Below, piece by piece: positions 60,286 through 64,000 of a DNA stretch of 64,000 nt; positions within the stretch are counted from its first letter, which is position 1; every line of letters begins with the position of its first letter. The notes beneath the pieces are model-generated. The model did not search any database. It saw only the letters and a program-made list of their open reading frames with translations, and was not told the origin of the DNA. This DNA comes from Candidatus Latescibacterota bacterium (GTDB taxonomy: Bacteria > Krumholzibacteriota > Krumholzibacteriia > WVZY01 > JAKEHA01). Location: positions 2,603,663-2,667,662 of the forward strand of contig OY970173.1 in the NCBI GenBank assembly GCA_963707635.1. The letters are read 5' to 3'. Made by a program: the position numbers and the translations under genes.

Positions 60286-61814
60286 AGCACCCGAGACTCC
60301 GGTGGCCCGCGAGGAAGCCACATTCCATGAAGGCCCTTTCCGCCCTGACCGTTTGGCTGGCGATCGCGTCCTCCCCTGCCGCGGCCACGATACCCACCGT
60401 GCTGCTCCCCGTTCCGTCGTCCCCTCTGGTCACGTTCCGCGTCCAGTTCGGCACGGGGGCCGTCGACGATCCGGCGGGCCAGCGTGGGCTCACCCGGCTC
60501 ACGGCGTCGATGCTCTCGCAGGGCGGGACTCGAGCGTACTCGTACGAGGAAATCGTCCAGCGACTCTATCCAATGGCCTCGTCGGTGACGGCCTACGTCG
60601 ACAAGGAGGTGACGACGTTCGTCGGGACCACGCACGTCGACAACCTCGAGGCCTACCTCGAGCTGCTCGTGCAGATCATCGTCGAGCCGCGTTTCGACCC
60701 GAGAGACTTCGAACGCATCCGCACCAGTCAGGTCAACTACCTCGCCAATTCGCTGCGCGGGTCGAACGACGAGGAACTGGGCAAACAGTCGCTCGGCGTC
60801 CTCCTGTACGGAGGACACCCGTACGGGGCGCCGAACGAGGGGCTCGTCTCAAACCTGGAGGCGGTCACGCTCGACGACGTGAAAGCCCAGTACGCCCGAT
60901 GCTTCACGCGCGACAACGTGACGGTGGGACTCTCCGGCGGCTACCCGCCGTCGCTGGTGGAGCGCGTAACCCGCGCGCTCGAGAAACTGCCGGCCGGGCG
61001 GCCGGCCCGGAGCACACTCCCCGCGCCGAGTCCGATTGTCGACGTCGAGGTCCTCGCGGTCGAAAAGGACTGCATGGCGACCGCCATTTCGATCGGGTAC
61101 CCGATCGACGTGACGCGTTCGGATCCGGACTTCTGCGCGTTGCTGGTGGCGAATTCCCACCTGGGCGAGCACCGCACGTTCAACGGGCGGCTGATGACCC
61201 GGATGCGCGAAGTCCGCGGCCTGAACTACGGGGACTACTCCTACATCGAGCACTTCGTGCAGGACGGCGGCTCCACCTACCCGCTGACGAACCTGACGCG
61301 CAGCCAGCAGTACTTCTCCATCTGGATCCGCCCCGTCCAGCACCAGCACCGTCACTTCGCCCTGCGCCTGGCGATCTGGGAGCTGGACCGGCTGGTGCGC
61401 GAGGGGATGACGCAGGAGGATCTCGACGAGACCCGCACGTTTCTCAAGAACTACAGCCGGCTGTGGGCGCAGGACCAGAGCCGGCGCCTCGGCTACCTGA
61501 TGGATTCACGCTTCTACGGCACGAACGACTACCTGGCGACGCTACCCGCGAAGCTCGACGCGCTCACGCTCGAACAAGTGAATGCCGCGATCAAGCGGCA
61601 CCTGCAATTCAGTCGGCTGCGGGTGGCGATCGTGACCCGGGGGGCGGACGAGTTCCTGAACGCGCTGATCACCAACCAGGCGTCGCCGATGACGTACGAC
61701 GCGGAAGGGATTCCGGCGGACGTGATCGCCGAGGACAAGGCGATCGCGGTCTACAAATTGAATGTGAATCGCGCGGCGTCGAAGATCGTCGACGTCGAGG
61801 AGATGTTCAAGTAA
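60282..61814 (+). CDS. M16-family peptidase, probable non-catalytic partner subunit
   Basis: Start overlaps upstream stop (GTGA) or ATG 60327 (MKALSALTVWLAIASSPAAA signal); M16 fold without HxxEH. Confidence 0.7.
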   Translation: MKHPRLRWPARKPHSMKALSALTVWLAIASSPAAATIPTVLLPVPSSPLVTFRVQFGTGAVDDPAGQRGLTRLTASMLSQGGTRAYSYEEIVQRLYPMASSVTAYVDKEVTTFVGTTHVDNLEAYLELLVQIIVEPRFDPRDFERIRTSQVNYLANSLRGSNDEELGKQSLGVLLYGGHPYGAPNEGLVSNLEAVTLDDVKAQYARCFTRDNVTVGLSGGYPPSLVERVTRALEKLPAGRPARSTLPAPSPIVDVEVLAVEKDCMATAISIGYPIDVTRSDPDFCALLVANSHLGEHRTFNGRLMTRMREVRGLNYGDYSYIEHFVQDGGSTYPLTNLTRSQQYFSIWIRPVQHQHRHFALRLAIWELDRLVREGMTQEDLDETRTFLKNYSRLWAQDQSRRLGYLMDSRFYGTNDYLATLPAKLDALTLEQVNAAIKRHLQFSRLRVAIVTRGADEFLNALITNQASPMTYDAEGIPADVIAEDKAIAVYKLNVNRAASKIVDVEEMFK

Positions 61815-61817
61815 TCG

Positions 61818-61854
61818 GGCAGGCGACATGTCGGAGTCCGATATGTCGCCTGCC
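61818..61854. repeat. 37-bp near-perfect palindrome, short member of repeat family 1
   Basis: GGCAGGCGACAT-GTCGGAGTCCGAT-ATGTCGCCTGCC; shares GATATGTCGG / GGAGTCCGATAT core with family-1 elements; between convergent genes. Confidence 0.55.
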
Positions 61855-61873
61855 GCTTTCGTCCCCGCAACAG

Positions 61874-62425
61874 TCACTTCCCTCGGTATTGAATCCGCTC
61901 CAGCACGTCGCGGGCAACGTCGCCGCCGACCAGATACTTCACCACCGCCGCCGCGAATTCGATCGACGTGCCCGCCCCGCGGCTCGTGATCACGTTGCCG
62001 TCTTCGACCACCGCGGACTCCTCGTAGCGACAGCGCTTCATTTCGCCCGCGTGCGCCGGATGGCTGGTGGCCCGCCGCCCTTCGAGGATGCCGCACGATT
62101 CGAGGACGGTCGGCGCCGCGCACACCGCCGCCACCAGTTTCCCCGCGCCGGACACGGCGGACAACGCGCGGCGGACTTCGGCGCTCTCGCGCAGCCGCAG
62201 CGTTCCCGGCATTCCGCCCGGGAGCACAATCGCGTGCGCGGCGGCAAAGTCACAATCCTCGATCCGCGCGTCGCAGCGAAGCGTGATCGCGTGCGCGCCG
62301 GTGACCGTCGTCCCGCCGACCCCCGCGACCACGACCTCCAGCCCCGCGCGGCGCAGGATGTCGATCACGACCACCGCCTCGATCTCCTCGAAGCCGTCGG
62401 CCACCGGGACCACGACCCGTTTCAC
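61874..62425 (-). CDS. DJ-1/PfpI family protein
   Basis: ...AHAIVLPGGMPG...AAVCAAPTVL... nucleophile-elbow Cys pattern of DJ-1/ThiJ. Confidence 0.75.
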   Translation of the reverse strand: MKRVVVPVADGFEEIEAVVVIDILRRAGLEVVVAGVGGTTVTGAHAITLRCDARIEDCDFAAAHAIVLPGGMPGTLRLRESAEVRRALSAVSGAGKLVAAVCAAPTVLESCGILEGRRATSHPAHAGEMKRCRYEESAVVEDGNVITSRGAGTSIEFAAAVVKYLVGGDVARDVLERIQYRGK

Positions 62426-62563
62426 GCCGTCCTCCGCGGTTGCTTTTCCCCGATGCGGGTGTTATCGTGCGACATGCGCCTGGACGTACGACGCGCTCCC
62501 CACTGCACCGTCCAGGCATTCCGCCCCACCGATGGCCCGTCTACTCCGATCAAGGATTCGTGA

Positions 62564-63934
62564 ATGTTCACAACCATTTCCAGCGTATCGCGTCCGCGCG
62601 CCGCGGCGCTCGTTCTGACGGTCGCGGTCGCGCTCGCCGGCGTTGCGTGCGACGACTCCACCACTCCGCCTCCGGCGCCGACCGGAATCGACATCGTCTC
62701 CGGCGACGCCCAGTATAGCAAGAAGGGAACGGAACTGGAGGAGCCGGTGACCGTGCAGGTGTCACTGCCCGACGGCGAGCCGGCGGCCGGCTACGACGTC
62801 CAGTTTCAGGTGATAGAAGGCGGGGGCAGCCTGTCCGCCGGGGCGGCGACGACCTCGGCCGATGGAATTGCGTCGGTACGCTGGACGATGGGGCCCGCCG
62901 TGGGTCTGAACCGCCTGCGCATTTCGCTCGCCGATAATTCGTCGCTGACAGCGGTGGCTTCCGCCACCTCGGGCGAGTTCTACTGTCCGGAAGAAGATCC
63001 CACCTTCGCGAGGAAATTCTCCACCGCGCACAATCTCTTCCTGCTCTCGCGGGATGCCGGCGCGCTGGAATCGGCCGGTGAGCCCGCGGCGGGCGTGGTC
63101 TACGTCGAACTCGATCTCGGCAACCTGCTCTTCGAGGCCACCGCATTCGAGCGCTTCGACGAGACCGTGTCCCACCAGGTGGTGGTACGCGACTGCGCGT
63201 TTGCGGCGAGCGGCGATTTCTATGCGACGCGCAACTCGGTGGGCAACGACGTGGTCAAGTTCGCGTCCAACGGTACGCCCTCTCACTTCGCCATGCAGGA
63301 GTCGAACTTCGGCTCCGAGATCGACGCCACGCCGGCGGGAATCCTGGTGGGGTGCGACGCCTTCGGGCCCTTCGTCGTCACCTGCCGGGACACGCTCACC
63401 CGCTGGACCGCCACGACCTACAGCGGCGTCTACCCGGACGCCGCCAACAACGACGCGGTGGCAACCAATCCGGTCGACGACGACCTGTATTTCATCTATC
63501 TAGGCGATCGCGCGCTGTGGCGGGTGCCGCTCGACGGCCTCACACCCACGGGCCCGCCCGAGAAAGTAGTCACGCTCGAACGCGACGAGGCGGACGGGGC
63601 GAGCGGGATGGTGGTCAACGACAGCGACGGCTCCATCTACATTCTGGTGGAATCAAGCGCAGTCAAAGCGATACTCAAGGTGACGCCGGCCGGGACCAAG
63701 ACCGTCGAGTTCGATTTCTTCACACGGGGCGCGGGAGATGCGGCGGGCCAGCAGAGCGACCTGGCGATCGATCGCACGTACGACTTCCTCTATACGCTCG
63801 ACACCCGGAACAACGTGATCCTGATCTACCAGCTGGCTACCGGACAGATGTCCGAACTGGTTTCGGTTGGCGATCCCAACGCGGCGTCAAACGCGTCGGC
63901 GGGCGAACGCGTCGGCTTGTCGGTGCTTCCGTAG
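62564..63934 (+). CDS. lipoprotein with N-terminal Ig-like (Big_2-like) domain and beta-propeller-like C-terminal region
   Basis: AAGGA RBS; signal MFTTISSVSRPRAAALVLTVAVALAGVAC (lipobox-like); ...VTVQVSLPDGEPAAGYDVQFQV... Ig-like block. Confidence 0.55.
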   Translation: MFTTISSVSRPRAAALVLTVAVALAGVACDDSTTPPPAPTGIDIVSGDAQYSKKGTELEEPVTVQVSLPDGEPAAGYDVQFQVIEGGGSLSAGAATTSADGIASVRWTMGPAVGLNRLRISLADNSSLTAVASATSGEFYCPEEDPTFARKFSTAHNLFLLSRDAGALESAGEPAAGVVYVELDLGNLLFEATAFERFDETVSHQVVVRDCAFAASGDFYATRNSVGNDVVKFASNGTPSHFAMQESNFGSEIDATPAGILVGCDAFGPFVVTCRDTLTRWTATTYSGVYPDAANNDAVATNPVDDDLYFIYLGDRALWRVPLDGLTPTGPPEKVVTLERDEADGASGMVVNDSDGSIYILVESSAVKAILKVTPAGTKTVEFDFFTRGAGDAAGQQSDLAIDRTYDFLYTLDTRNNVILIYQLATGQMSELVSVGDPNAASNASAGERVGLSVLP

Positions 63935-64000
63935 CCGGGTCTCCCCGGCGCGCCCGTCAAACCAGCGTCACGCCCTGGCCGGGAACGATCTCACCCACGC

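Noticed and set aside
63956-64000. Possible 3' end of a minus-strand gene at the window edge (…VGEIVPGQGVTLV*)
   Set aside because: Only 14 codons are visible, too short to support a call.

Overview
This is a high-GC (about 68-70%) bacterial chromosomal segment, gene-dense on both strands, with no transposases, integrases, CRISPR arrays or rRNA/tRNA genes found. Four proteins carry a C-terminal T9SS/FlgD-Ig-like sorting domain, and many starts appear leaderless; both fit a Gemmatimonadota-like lineage, though the lineage is inferred. Every long ORF that is not antisense or frame-shadow noise could be assigned.

Gene content, left to right:
- a partial sulfatase, a frameshifted SAM methyltransferase, and a MenA-like prenyltransferase;
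- a DsbD-alpha-domain protein plus a redoxin;
- a 1571-aa secreted gingipain-like C25 peptidase fused to FG-GAP repeats and the sorting domain;
- minus-strand housekeeping genes (pepD, pfk, gdhA, usp, mntH-mntR);
- an aerobic benzoyl-CoA 'box' cluster (boxC, boxB, an aldehyde dehydrogenase in the boxD position) with a zinc alcohol dehydrogenase, thioesterase, pterin-4a-carbinolamine dehydratase (PCD), sod and erpA;
- thiC;
- an ECF sigma / anti-sigma operon flanked by DUF4097 and TPR/HEAT genes;
- an M14 carboxypeptidase and two tandem LVIVD beta-propeller paralogs with the sorting domain;
- an ABC-2 exporter, mutY and yceI;
- a metal-uptake locus (DUF318 permease, His-rich small protein, porin, znuA/znuB-like genes, no ATPase);
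- a sigma54 activator next to a sigma54-driven 39-aa membrane-peptide gene, divergent from an M16 peptidase pair.

Structures not explained by gene annotation:
- two related families of about 90-105-bp palindromic intergenic repeat elements, with compensatory changes that preserve the stems;
- a covarying inverted-repeat motif upstream of both boxC and the aldehyde dehydrogenase;
- a perfect 16-bp palindrome across the mntR start codon;
- the peptide/activator/M16 module at 58.2-61.8 kb, which is the best candidate for an undescribed system.
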